Positions 33,238 through 42,293 of a stretch of DNA of 64,000 nucleotides are shown here, one piece after another. The position numbers and the translations under genes were made by a program. The stretch covers positions 13,073 to 77,072 of the forward strand of contig DASXQR010000073.1 in NCBI GenBank assembly GCA_036507075.1. Direction: 5' to 3'. Numbering within the stretch: position 1 is the stretch's first letter; every line of letters begins with the position of its first letter. The notes beneath the pieces are model-generated. The model did not search any database. It had not been told where the DNA came from and saw nothing but the letters and a program-made list of their open reading frames with translations. This DNA is from Acidobacteriota bacterium (GTDB lineage Bacteria > Acidobacteriota > UBA6911 > JACQSX01).

Positions 33238-34380
33238 TCAGGACCCCATCCGGGGCGCCGGATGTGGCGGCTGATCTTTTATCGTCACCAACACGCGCTC
33301 GTCCATGTATCTGCCCAGATCTCCCTTTAACGAAGGAGTCCAGTCAAAAACCTTCTGAAAGACGTCCTGGGTTTCCATACAGAGATAGACGGTGCTGGAA
33401 GAGCTGCGACTGCGGATCCACTCGATCATGCGGGCGTACATTTCCACGCGAATCGGCTTGAAGTACTGGTACTTTCCGTCTGTGGCGCGCACGATCTCCC
33501 CGTAGAGAATCTCACTCTTGGGAAATCGCCATCGGATCACATCTTTCAACTCCTTGTGGAACCGCAGACTTCCCACACTGAGCCATGCGATCTCCTGCTC
33601 TGTGAAGCGATCAAACAGGCCATTCACCAGATCCCTGTAATCCGCCTGCCAGCGATCGTAATGAATCATGGGATCAAAATGGAATGCGACGCGATAACCG
33701 TGGTCCGCGCATCGGCGCGCTGCGGCGAGTTTTTCTTCCAGCGTCGCGGTCTTCCATTCTTCCCGGGAGCTCACGGCGGGAGTGTTGATCGACCAGGCGA
33801 CCACCGTGTTCCGGTTTGAAGCGATTTGCAGCAGGTTTTCGATGTTGTTTGTTTTCGTCTTCAGTTCCAACACGGCGTTGTCGCGGCCGCCAAAGAATGG
33901 CACCAGCCACTTCGAGATGCCGGTGAGATGGTCCAAGCCCAGCGAGTCGGTGAGCTCACCGGTTCCTACACGAAACACTTTTTGCGGATTTCTTGAGAAT
34001 GCGCTGGCCAGCTCTCTCAGCAGATCGGGAATATTCACAAAGACACGCATGAACGGATTGTTCAGATAGGCCTGAAGAATGCAATAGGTGCATTCCAGAT
34101 GGCAGTTGATTGCGTAGGTGACCGTAAAATAGTCGCAGCATACGTGGCTGCCGGTACACCCCTGGCAATCCTTCAGGAACCTGCCCTGGTGGCGAGTGAG
34201 CACAAGCTGCTTTTTCCCCTGCGTCAGCGTGGCGTCGCCCGCGTAGAGTTTTTCCAACTCTTCGCGGTTTTGGAAAAACACCACCGGCACATCCGGCAAG
34301 CGCTCCAAAACGTGCCGGGTAATCGGCTCGTCTTTCACCGAAGGATCAACGAAAACCTTTTCCGGCCGGTAATGCTTCAT
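33238..34380 (-). CDS. Spore photoproduct lyase (SplB)-like radical SAM protein
   Basis: NCHLECTYC CxxxCxxC motif, GTGELTDSL, LELKTK, WSINT, FHFDPMI, VYLCME. Confidence 0.85.
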   Translation of the reverse strand: MKHYRPEKVFVDPSVKDEPITRHVLERLPDVPVVFFQNREELEKLYAGDATLTQGKKQLVLTRHQGRFLKDCQGCTGSHVCCDYFTVTYAINCHLECTYCILQAYLNNPFMRVFVNIPDLLRELASAFSRNPQKVFRVGTGELTDSLGLDHLTGISKWLVPFFGGRDNAVLELKTKTNNIENLLQIASNRNTVVAWSINTPAVSSREEWKTATLEEKLAAARRCADHGYRVAFHFDPMIHYDRWQADYRDLVNGLFDRFTEQEIAWLSVGSLRFHKELKDVIRWRFPKSEILYGEIVRATDGKYQYFKPIRVEMYARMIEWIRSRSSSSTVYLCMETQDVFQKVFDWTPSLKGDLGRYMDERVLVTIKDQPPHPAPRMGS

Positions 34381-34383
34381 ATC

Positions 34384-35322
34384 TCAGATCAGTTTTAGAA
34401 TGGCATCGAGTTCCGAGCTTGCTGCCATCTCGAGCAGCTTGCGCGAGTAACGCTCCAGCTCTTCGCGCGACTGGAACGGAAAAGCGATACGGTACCTGTT
34501 CTCTTCAAAATAGGGAGAAGGCATAAGCTGGATCTGCCCGGGAAGCTTGAATCGAGCTTTGCTTTCCTCAAATTGCCGTTCCGCCTCCGTCAACCGCGGG
34601 TAACGAAGGGATTTGAGCTTGCGGATCCAGGAATCGTAGACGCGAAAGACCGGTTCGCCGCAGCGGATCTGATCCAGGATTCCGATCAGCTCGTCGGGCG
34701 GCAGTTTGTTGACGCGGACCACTTCATCCATCAGATCCAGCAGCTCGCGCTGCTTGTTTACTCCAAGGCCCAGCGTGGAAAACCACTGCGCAATCTGCTC
34801 CACTCGCCCGCCCCAAAAGGAAAGGCGGTGAGCAGTGTACAGATGCATTTCTCGGGCCGCCACTTTTGCCTGGACCTCGCGCGGCATCTGCAGAAGGGTT
34901 TGCAATTGCTCCAGGGCCATGGAGTTCATTTTCATTCCAAGCAGCGGAAAGAGCGCTTCAGAAAGCTCTCCCGGGAGCCAGCCGTTTTTCCGAAATTTCT
35001 CCACCGCGCGCGCCCGCTCCACGTCATTTAACTCACCCTGGCTGAGGCGCTCCAGAAGGCCCAGCAACACTGTCTGGCGCCGGTCGAGCCCGGCGCAAAC
35101 CATAGCGGGAACCGACTCAAGGCCATGGCTGCGCGCCGCTTCCACTCGCCGAAAACCGCACACTATCAGGAGCCCGGCTTCGGCTCGGAGCAGGATCGGC
35201 GGCTGCAGGATTCCGAATTCTTCCACGCCGCGCAACGGCGGCCGATTCGGATTAAAGGAGATCCGAAAATCTTCTGCGGGTGTAATTTCACAGGTTGACA
35301 CCCGGGTCAGCTCGATCGGCAT
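34384..35322 (-). CDS. ParB/Srx N-terminal domain protein
   Basis: GILQPPIL..LLIVCGFRRVEAA (ParB Box II-like), LNDVERA; start set at ATG 35322. Confidence 0.78.
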   Translation of the reverse strand: MPIELTRVSTCEITPAEDFRISFNPNRPPLRGVEEFGILQPPILLRAEAGLLIVCGFRRVEAARSHGLESVPAMVCAGLDRRQTVLLGLLERLSQGELNDVERARAVEKFRKNGWLPGELSEALFPLLGMKMNSMALEQLQTLLQMPREVQAKVAAREMHLYTAHRLSFWGGRVEQIAQWFSTLGLGVNKQRELLDLMDEVVRVNKLPPDELIGILDQIRCGEPVFRVYDSWIRKLKSLRYPRLTEAERQFEESKARFKLPGQIQLMPSPYFEENRYRIAFPFQSREELERYSRKLLEMAASSELDAILKLI

Positions 35323-35350
35323 GCGGTTGATTATACCTGACAGGTCGTTT

Positions 35351-35406
35351 CCTGGCTTGGTGCCTTGGTGGTTGATTTTTTGAACCACCAAGGCACCAAG
35401 ACACCA
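35351..35406. repeat. CACCAAG 8-mer inverted element
   Basis: CTTGGTGCCTTGGTGGTT-AT-rich loop-AACCACCAAGGCACCAAG. Confidence 0.9.
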
Positions 35407-35487
35407 TTTCCATCGGGCCTTTTCGTGATAATTTAGTGAAAACGAATTTTTTTTCGTGGAATTGGAATCACGCCGGTTTAGCTATAC

Positions 35488-37785
35488 ATGTCGACCAGTC
35501 TGTTCTTGGAGAGCCTCAACGAGCAGCAGCAGGAAGCTGTTCAGCACGTGAAAGGCCCGCTGCTCATTCTGGCCGGGGCGGGCAGCGGTAAAACACGCAC
35601 TCTGACTTACCGTATTGCATTTCTGATCGAGCAGGGACACGCGCGCCCCGAGAATATCCTGGCGGTCACCTTTACCAACAAAGCCGCCGCCGAGATGAAA
35701 GAACGGGTGCTGCAGTTGCTGGCCGGCCGGGGCGGAAATCCGCTGGTCAGCACTTTTCACTCCTTTGCGGTACGGGTACTGCGACGCTACATCGACCGTC
35801 TCGGCTACACGCGCGACTTCACCATCTACGACTCAGATGATCAGAAATCCGCGGTTAAGAACATCTTGAAGGAACAGCAGGTCGACGAGGCGCTGCTTTC
35901 ACACCGGCGGGTTCATTCGATGATCAGCTATGCCAAGAATCATTCCATCGGACCCAAACAGTACCTCGAAAGCGCCGGCAACCGGGAGATGGAGATGGTG
36001 GGAAACGCCTACATGGCGTATCAGAGCTTCCTGAAGCAATCCAACGTCGTCGATTTCGATGATCTCATCCTGCTTACCACCCGGCTCTTCAGGGAGAATT
36101 CCGACCTGCTGGAACAGTACAATGCGTGGTACCGATTCATCCTGGTGGACGAATACCAGGACACCAACCGCCCGCAGTACGAGCTGATCAAACTGCTGAC
36201 CACATACCATGACAACCTGTGCGTTGTAGGGGATGAAGATCAATCGATTTACCGCTTCCGCGGAGCGGATATTCAGAACATTCTTCGCTTTGAAAGGGAC
36301 TTTGCCGGCACCCGGGTGATCAAGCTGGAGCAGAATTATCGCTCCACTCAAAACATCCTCACCGCCGCGGGCGCCGTGGTCAGCCAGAACACGCAGCGCA
36401 AGGGTAAAACACTCTGGACAGAGAATCCGGCAGGATCGCTCATCGATCTGTACCAGGCGTCTGACGCGTATGCCGAGGCGGATTTCGTTTGCAGAGAAAC
36501 AGCCCGCATCCTGGATTCGGACGACAACACGCGCGTTGCGATTCTGTACCGCACTAATTTTCAGTCCCGGCAGTTTGAAGAATCCCTGCGGCGCCGCGGG
36601 CTGCGCTACAACATCGTGGGCAGCGTCGGATTCTATGCGCGCGCGGAAGTCAAGGACGTGATTGCCTACCTCAAGGTTCTGCTCAATCCTCACGACGCCG
36701 TAATGCTCACGCGCATCATCAATGCCCCGGCTCGCGGGATCGGCAAGGCGACCATGGACCGCTTGTCGCAGATTGCGTTTCAGGAACAGATTTCAATCTG
36801 GGATGCCCTGCAAAAGAGCCTTCGGGACAACCTCTTCCCGGCGCGCACGCATGGAGCGCTGTCCCGCTTCCATCAATTGATCACCACTCTGCAGGAGAAA
36901 ACCGGCACCGCTTCACTGTCCACACTGCTGGTGATGATTGCCGATCAGAGCGGATATCTGGAAAGTTTGGAAGCGGAAGGAACCGATGAAGCTCAGAACC
37001 GGATCCTGAACATCAAAGAATTGATCAATGCGGCGCGCGAGGCCGAGGGCTCCGGACAGACGATCCAGGAGTTCCTCGATCATGCCGCGCTCATTTCAGA
37101 TACCGACGAACTGGACAGCCAATCCCGCATTACCTTGCTGACGATGCACAATGCCAAGGGCCTGGAATTTCCCCTGGTTTTCATCGTCGGATGCGAAGAA
37201 GGCCTGTTCCCCCATATTCGCTCCAACGAGAACACCGATGATCTGGAAGAGGAGCGGCGGCTCTGTTATGTGGCAATGACCCGGGCCAAGACAAAACTGT
37301 GGATCACTTGCTCGCGTGCTCGAAGGCTTTACGGAAGCGACATGCCGGCCATGATACAGCCCTCGCGATTCATCGGCGAGATTCCTGCGGCGCTGCTCAA
37401 TGCAGTGGGCGAACCGGCATGGGAGTCCGGCTTTCGCCGGGAGAGGCAGGGATTTCCGACGCGCCGGGCGCCTCACCAGCCTGGGTTCCAGCCGCCCTCA
37501 TTTCCACGGCGTAAAACCTACACCGGCGCCACACACGATACTCCCGATGCTGTGAGAAAGTTCCTGCAAAGCAGGCCGGCGCCGGCGGCTGCAAAACCGG
37601 AACCCGCCATACCCGGAACGGTCGCTGCCATCAAACCCGGCTCCCGGGTGCTTCATGAGAAATATGGGATGGGCGTAGTGGTAGACCGCCAGAAAGCCGG
37701 CGATGATTTCAAACTCACCGTGAGCTTTGTCGGCATCGGCCCCAAAAGGTTGATGGAAAAGTTTGCGAAGTTGAAAAAAGTCTGA
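35488..37785 (+). CDS. uvrD: UvrD/PcrA SF1 DNA helicase
   Basis: AGAGSGKT, TFTNKAA, VDEYQD, VGDEDQSIYRFRGA, LEQNYRS, EERRLCYVAMTRA, C-terminal Tudor-like domain. Confidence 0.95.
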   Translation: MSTSLFLESLNEQQQEAVQHVKGPLLILAGAGSGKTRTLTYRIAFLIEQGHARPENILAVTFTNKAAAEMKERVLQLLAGRGGNPLVSTFHSFAVRVLRRYIDRLGYTRDFTIYDSDDQKSAVKNILKEQQVDEALLSHRRVHSMISYAKNHSIGPKQYLESAGNREMEMVGNAYMAYQSFLKQSNVVDFDDLILLTTRLFRENSDLLEQYNAWYRFILVDEYQDTNRPQYELIKLLTTYHDNLCVVGDEDQSIYRFRGADIQNILRFERDFAGTRVIKLEQNYRSTQNILTAAGAVVSQNTQRKGKTLWTENPAGSLIDLYQASDAYAEADFVCRETARILDSDDNTRVAILYRTNFQSRQFEESLRRRGLRYNIVGSVGFYARAEVKDVIAYLKVLLNPHDAVMLTRIINAPARGIGKATMDRLSQIAFQEQISIWDALQKSLRDNLFPARTHGALSRFHQLITTLQEKTGTASLSTLLVMIADQSGYLESLEAEGTDEAQNRILNIKELINAAREAEGSGQTIQEFLDHAALISDTDELDSQSRITLLTMHNAKGLEFPLVFIVGCEEGLFPHIRSNENTDDLEEERRLCYVAMTRAKTKLWITCSRARRLYGSDMPAMIQPSRFIGEIPAALLNAVGEPAWESGFRRERQGFPTRRAPHQPGFQPPSFPRRKTYTGATHDTPDAVRKFLQSRPAPAAAKPEPAIPGTVAAIKPGSRVLHEKYGMGVVVDRQKAGDDFKLTVSFVGIGPKRLMEKFAKLKKV

Positions 37786-37948
37786 GTCATTAGCCATTGG
37801 TCATTGGTCACTGGGTTGTATGGCGTTGCTCAAAAGAGGGAAACCTGGCTTGGTGTCTTGGTGTCTTGGTGGTTGAATTTTTTTTACCACCAAGGCACCA
37901 AGACCCTGAACTTTCATACTGCATGGCCAATGACCAATGACTAATCAC
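37785..37948. repeat. Outer (GTCATTG)n/(CAATGAC)n element containing an inner CACCAAG element (37844-37906)
   Basis: Two nested inverted arrays. Confidence 0.88.
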
Positions 37949-37970
37949 CGGTGACGGCTCAAGGAAACCA

Positions 37971-39749
37971 ATGCTCACCTTCCTGCTGAAACGCAAGAGT
38001 CCAGACCAGCTCATCGGCGATTCGGAGACACCCGAACGCAGGATGCGTCGCTCCCTTTCCGCTTTTGACCTTACCGCCTTAGGCGTCGGGGCCACGATCG
38101 GCGCCGGAATCTTCGCGCTGACCGGCACGGCCGCCGCCGGCCAGGCTTCAAATGCGACTGGAACTTTCATTGATACTCCGGTTCTGAACTTTATTATCCA
38201 GGGCCTGACTGGCGGCTCTTTGGAACTTGGCAGGCTGGGCGCCGGACCCGCCATCGTGGTTTCATTCCTGGTGGCGGCACTCGCCTGCGCTTTCGCGGCG
38301 ATTTGTTACGCCGAACTCGCCTCCATGATTCCTGTTTCCGGAAGCGCCTACACGTATTCCTACGCCACCCTCGGCGAAATCATCGCCTGGATTATCGGCT
38401 GGGATTTGATCCTGGAATATGCCGTGGGAAACATTGCGGTAGCGACCAGTTGGTCCGGCTATTTTGTCGAGCTTATTTACAACACCATCGGCCTGAAGTT
38501 CCCGCTCTGGCTGGTTGCAGATATCAAAACCGCGTCGGCAAAGCTGTCTGAAGGCGGCGCCGGACTGCAGATGTTCTCGTCGACCGACTTACCCCGGCTT
38601 TTTGGCCATCATATCGCGCTCAACATTCCGGCCTTCGCCATTGTTGCCGCCCTGACGGCGCTGCTGATTTACGGCATCAAAGAAAGCGCAACCGCCAACA
38701 CAGTCGCCGTGATAGCGAAGGTTGGCATCGTGATTTTCTTCGTCGCTTTTGGCGCATTCTATGTAAGGCCCGGAAACTGGGTTCCATTTGCGCCCAACGG
38801 CTTCCTCGGAGTAATGGGCGGCGCGGCGATTGTGTTCTTTGCTTTCATCGGATTCGACGCCGTTTCCACCACGGCCGAAGAAGCGCGCAATCCGCAGCGC
38901 GATATGCCAATCGGGATGATAGCCTCGCTGGCAGTCACCACAGTCCTTTATATCGGCGTGTCAATGGTTCTGACCGGAATGTTGAACTGGAGGCAGCTTA
39001 ACGATGCCGCACCCGTGGCTAAAGCTCTGCGCGAGGTGGGCGGCGCTCGATGGGCCCAGGCTTTTGTAAGCGCCGGGGCGCTGGCGGGGATGACTTCCGT
39101 GCTGCTGGTTTTCCAGTTGGGGCAGCCGCGCATTTTCATGGCGATGGCGCGGGACGGTTTGCTGCCGCAGTACTTTTCCAGAGTTCATCCACGGTTTCGT
39201 ACCCCGCATGTCACAACTTTCTGGACGGGGGTGTTCGTTGCCGTCCCCGCGCTTTTTATCGACATCGGGTCGGCCGCCGAACTCACCAATATCGGCACCC
39301 TCTTTGCGTTCATCCTGGTTTGCGCGGGAGTGATCGCGCTGCGCAGGATCGATCCGCACCGGCCGCGGCCCTTCCGAACCCCGATGGTTCCGCTGGTTCC
39401 TTCCATCGGAATTGTGCTTTGCATTGTGCTGATGTTCAGCCTTCCGCTGCTGACCTGGATGCGTTTTTATGGCTGGTTAAGGATCGGACTGACGATCTAT
39501 CTCGGGTATGGAATTATAAAGAGCGCCATGATCGCCGACGACGCCGGCCGTCTGGAAGCGCGCGCAATCAGTTCGACCACCGCAGCCCGTCTCGGTCTGA
39601 TTGCCGTATTGATTGATGCCTCCATCGCGGCACTGCTTTGGGCGTTTCACCCGGATTTTTTCCACACCACAGAGTTTGTTCTCTTCGCCGGAATTCTGGT
39701 TTTCTCCGATGCCGTGCACGCCTGGATTGCCGTATCCCGGCGGACGTAA
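37971..39749 (+). CDS. APC family cationic amino acid permease
   Basis: GATIGAGIF, SGSAYTY, GWDLILEY, FIGFDAVST, QPRIF; multiple TM helices. Confidence 0.92.
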   Translation: MLTFLLKRKSPDQLIGDSETPERRMRRSLSAFDLTALGVGATIGAGIFALTGTAAAGQASNATGTFIDTPVLNFIIQGLTGGSLELGRLGAGPAIVVSFLVAALACAFAAICYAELASMIPVSGSAYTYSYATLGEIIAWIIGWDLILEYAVGNIAVATSWSGYFVELIYNTIGLKFPLWLVADIKTASAKLSEGGAGLQMFSSTDLPRLFGHHIALNIPAFAIVAALTALLIYGIKESATANTVAVIAKVGIVIFFVAFGAFYVRPGNWVPFAPNGFLGVMGGAAIVFFAFIGFDAVSTTAEEARNPQRDMPIGMIASLAVTTVLYIGVSMVLTGMLNWRQLNDAAPVAKALREVGGARWAQAFVSAGALAGMTSVLLVFQLGQPRIFMAMARDGLLPQYFSRVHPRFRTPHVTTFWTGVFVAVPALFIDIGSAAELTNIGTLFAFILVCAGVIALRRIDPHRPRPFRTPMVPLVPSIGIVLCIVLMFSLPLLTWMRFYGWLRIGLTIYLGYGIIKSAMIADDAGRLEARAISSTTAARLGLIAVLIDASIAALLWAFHPDFFHTTEFVLFAGILVFSDAVHAWIAVSRRT

Positions 39750-39794
39750 TGCCCCAAACGAAAAGGAAACGAAAAGGGGACAGACACCGGTTTG

Positions 39795-39916
39795 AAATGC
39801 GGAATGCGGAATGCGGAATGCGGAATGCGGAATGCGGAATGCGGAATAAGAAGTGATTTTGGTCTTAGCTTTGAAGCCTTGAGTTGGACACATTCCGCAT
39901 TCCCCAATCCGCATTC
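39795..39916. repeat. Inverted GCGGAAT 7-mer element
   Basis: Seven perfect GCGGAAT units 39799-39847; right arm 39891-39916. Confidence 0.93.
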
Positions 39917-39925
39917 GGACGTGCG

Positions 39926-40885
39926 CTAGAAAATCTTGCTGCCGGCACTCACTCTTTCCAGAATTGCAATAGTCTTCGATCCGCGGTTGCAAACCAGAAC
40001 GTAGCGGTTATCGCTGCCTGGTTCGACAAACGCCGGACGCACACCCACCTGGATCTGCTCCTGCTCGGTGAGCGTGTCCGTTTCAAAGACGGCAACACTT
40101 CCTTCCAGCCCGTTGCACACGTACAGGTACTTGCCATCGGCGCTGATGGCCAGTCCCACTGGCCCGCTGCCGGTAGAAATCCTCTTGGTCTCCCTTTCTA
40201 CGTCCAGTGAAATTCGAAGCAGCGTATTTCTAGGGCCGAGAGCAAACAGCCACCGCTCGTCCCGATCGATCTTCAACGGGCTGTCCCTGGCGGTCAGAAC
40301 TTCAAAAGAATGAAGCACCGATCGGGACAACAAGTCGATCACGGCAATCTTATGCATTCCCACGATCACATAGGCCGTACGACGCCGGGGAGCAACGGCA
40401 AGGCCGCCCACAGCGCCATCGAAGGACAGATCTTTAGCGGAACGCAGATTAAAGCCGTTGAGAAATGAAACTCGTTGTTCTCGGGACTGCGCCAGCAGGA
40501 TTGTCTGGTTGTACTGGGCAAAAAACGTCGGACCGTCTCCGGTGGGAACATTGCGCATCAGCCGGTTGCCGTAAAGGTCGAACAGACCAATGCGCCGTCC
40601 GTTCCAGAATCCCACCACCGCGAGTTTCCCGTGCGGCAAGCGGTGAATATACAAAGGCGACCCTTCCACTCTGATTCTTCGCACCACTCTCGCCAGCCGG
40701 AGATCATACACAAGCACCTGTTCGTCGGCCGTGGTGATCGCCAACTTTTGATTATCACTGCTGAGAGAACAGGCAACCGGCACAGAATCCAGCCTGATCG
40801 TGGTGTACAGCTTGTGGGTCGCCTGGGCGTAGACCGCGGGGCCAATGAGAACGGCCAACAGCACCAGGAGGATTGATTTGGTCAT
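39926..40885 (-). CDS. Secreted YVTN/YncE-like beta-propeller protein
   Basis: Signal peptide from ATG 40885 (MTKSILLVLL), repeats such as TGSGPVGLAISADGKYLYVCN. Confidence 0.8.
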   Translation of the reverse strand: MTKSILLVLLAVLIGPAVYAQATHKLYTTIRLDSVPVACSLSSDNQKLAITTADEQVLVYDLRLARVVRRIRVEGSPLYIHRLPHGKLAVVGFWNGRRIGLFDLYGNRLMRNVPTGDGPTFFAQYNQTILLAQSREQRVSFLNGFNLRSAKDLSFDGAVGGLAVAPRRRTAYVIVGMHKIAVIDLLSRSVLHSFEVLTARDSPLKIDRDERWLFALGPRNTLLRISLDVERETKRISTGSGPVGLAISADGKYLYVCNGLEGSVAVFETDTLTEQEQIQVGVRPAFVEPGSDNRYVLVCNRGSKTIAILERVSAGSKIF

Positions 40886-40905
40886 CACGAAATTCGCGTA
40901 TGAAT

Positions 40906-41062
40906 TTTTTACCACAAAGGCACCAAGGCACAAAGTCAGGCGAGTGGCAGGGAGAGGCCGGCCAGCTCCAGTGACATGTTGCCAAGGCGCCGGTTGCATG
41001 GGCTGACCGGCCTCTCCCTGCCACTCGTCTGACTTTGTGCCTTGGTGCCTTTGTGGTAAAAA
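40906..41062. repeat. 61-bp near-perfect inverted repeat with CACAAAG/CACCAAG ends
   Basis: Arms 40906-40966 and 41002-41062 differ at 2 positions; 35-nt loop. Confidence 0.95.
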
Positions 41063-41076
41063 TCCGTACTCGGATA

Positions 41077-42282
41077 TCATCGGAAAACCACCCGCTCTTC
41101 CGGTTCCCTTCGAAATCGCTCAATCCACTCAACGCACTGCTCTGCACCGGAGGCCTGGCGAACATCTATATGATTCGTGCACTCCAGCTTTTGGCGAATG
41201 AAAGATTGTAAGACATGGGTTTCCCACGTTTCCGCAGCCGAATAGCCGGAAAAAAAGATGGCGCGCAGTCTTTCTTGGAGCTTGGAGCGCTGATCGCGTC
41301 GCCCGCCGTAGAGAGAATCCCCGGCGAATTTGCCTTCCCGCACAAAAAAGAGATGCAGTTGGCTTTTCCTGCTTCCCGGCAACACAAGAACCAGGTCCGC
41401 ATCGCGATAATATTCGGATCCCCGTTCACGAACCTCAAGCTGTGTGTTGATTTGCGGTTTCCACTTCTCGATGGCGCGTGCTTCTTCCAGGAAAGCCTCC
41501 AGCTCGCTTCCCACAGCAAGATATTCAATCTGGCAGAGACGTTCGTGAATGCGAGCCAGCTTGTCATCCCAATGTCTGGGAGGGATGAAGTAACTGCGCA
41601 GGCGCCGGCTGAGATTCTTGCTTTTCCCGACATAAAAAATCTCTCCATTGCTATCCGCCATCCAGTAAATCCCGGCGGTCTCCGGAAGCTGGTCCAGATA
41701 ATCCTGGCGGAACCGGTAACGCGAGAAATCAAGCTCCTGCTGTCCAGCCACAAGCTGCTGAAGATGCAGCAATCCAAAGTTCTCTTCCAGAAATCCAGCG
41801 GCCTGGCCCAGCAAAGTGGCAACCTGGCGTGTTTTGGCGGGCTCCTGGAATGTACTGCCGACGTGCTTTGCCACTTCGGACAAGCGCACGCGCTTTCGCC
41901 CTCGCCGGGGAAAGGCTGCGCGCCACAAATCCTGAAAATCCCAACTCGAGTTTTCCGAATCAGGAAGCCATCCGGCGAATCGCAGCAGCAGCTCCAGCGC
42001 TACATTCAGATCGGGCCAGCACAAAACCGGGCTTCGCAGGCACCGCTTTAACGCTTCCGGCCCTGCTCCTTCCCGCCTGCAGGAGAAGGGCGACTCTTCA
42101 AGCAGCTCTTCGGTCAGGCGCATCGGAATGGGAATCCTGAGGCGGCACGCCTCCCGTCGCGCTTCCCCGCCTTGCCAGCGCTGCACAAATAACTCTTCTA
42201 CAAACTCGTGACAGCCTCGTATCTGCCGGCGGGTGGCAACGACAATGCTAAAATTTTCTGTTTCGGCCTCAATTCCTGTCAT
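41077..42282 (-). CDS. GIY-YIG (UvrC/Cho-like) nuclease with divergent N-terminal region
   Basis: LPETAGIYWM...FYVGKSKNLSRRLRSYF, GSELEAFLEE, KPQIN; start uncertain. Confidence 0.78.
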   Translation of the reverse strand: MTGIEAETENFSIVVATRRQIRGCHEFVEELFVQRWQGGEARREACRLRIPIPMRLTEELLEESPFSCRREGAGPEALKRCLRSPVLCWPDLNVALELLLRFAGWLPDSENSSWDFQDLWRAAFPRRGRKRVRLSEVAKHVGSTFQEPAKTRQVATLLGQAAGFLEENFGLLHLQQLVAGQQELDFSRYRFRQDYLDQLPETAGIYWMADSNGEIFYVGKSKNLSRRLRSYFIPPRHWDDKLARIHERLCQIEYLAVGSELEAFLEEARAIEKWKPQINTQLEVRERGSEYYRDADLVLVLPGSRKSQLHLFFVREGKFAGDSLYGGRRDQRSKLQERLRAIFFSGYSAAETWETHVLQSFIRQKLECTNHIDVRQASGAEQCVEWIERFRREPEERVVFR

Positions 42283-42293
42283 ATTCCTGTCGC

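Noticed and set aside
39771..39790. AAAAGGGGACAGACACC as a REP-like end
   Set aside because: Single unpaired occurrence in the window; cannot be supported.
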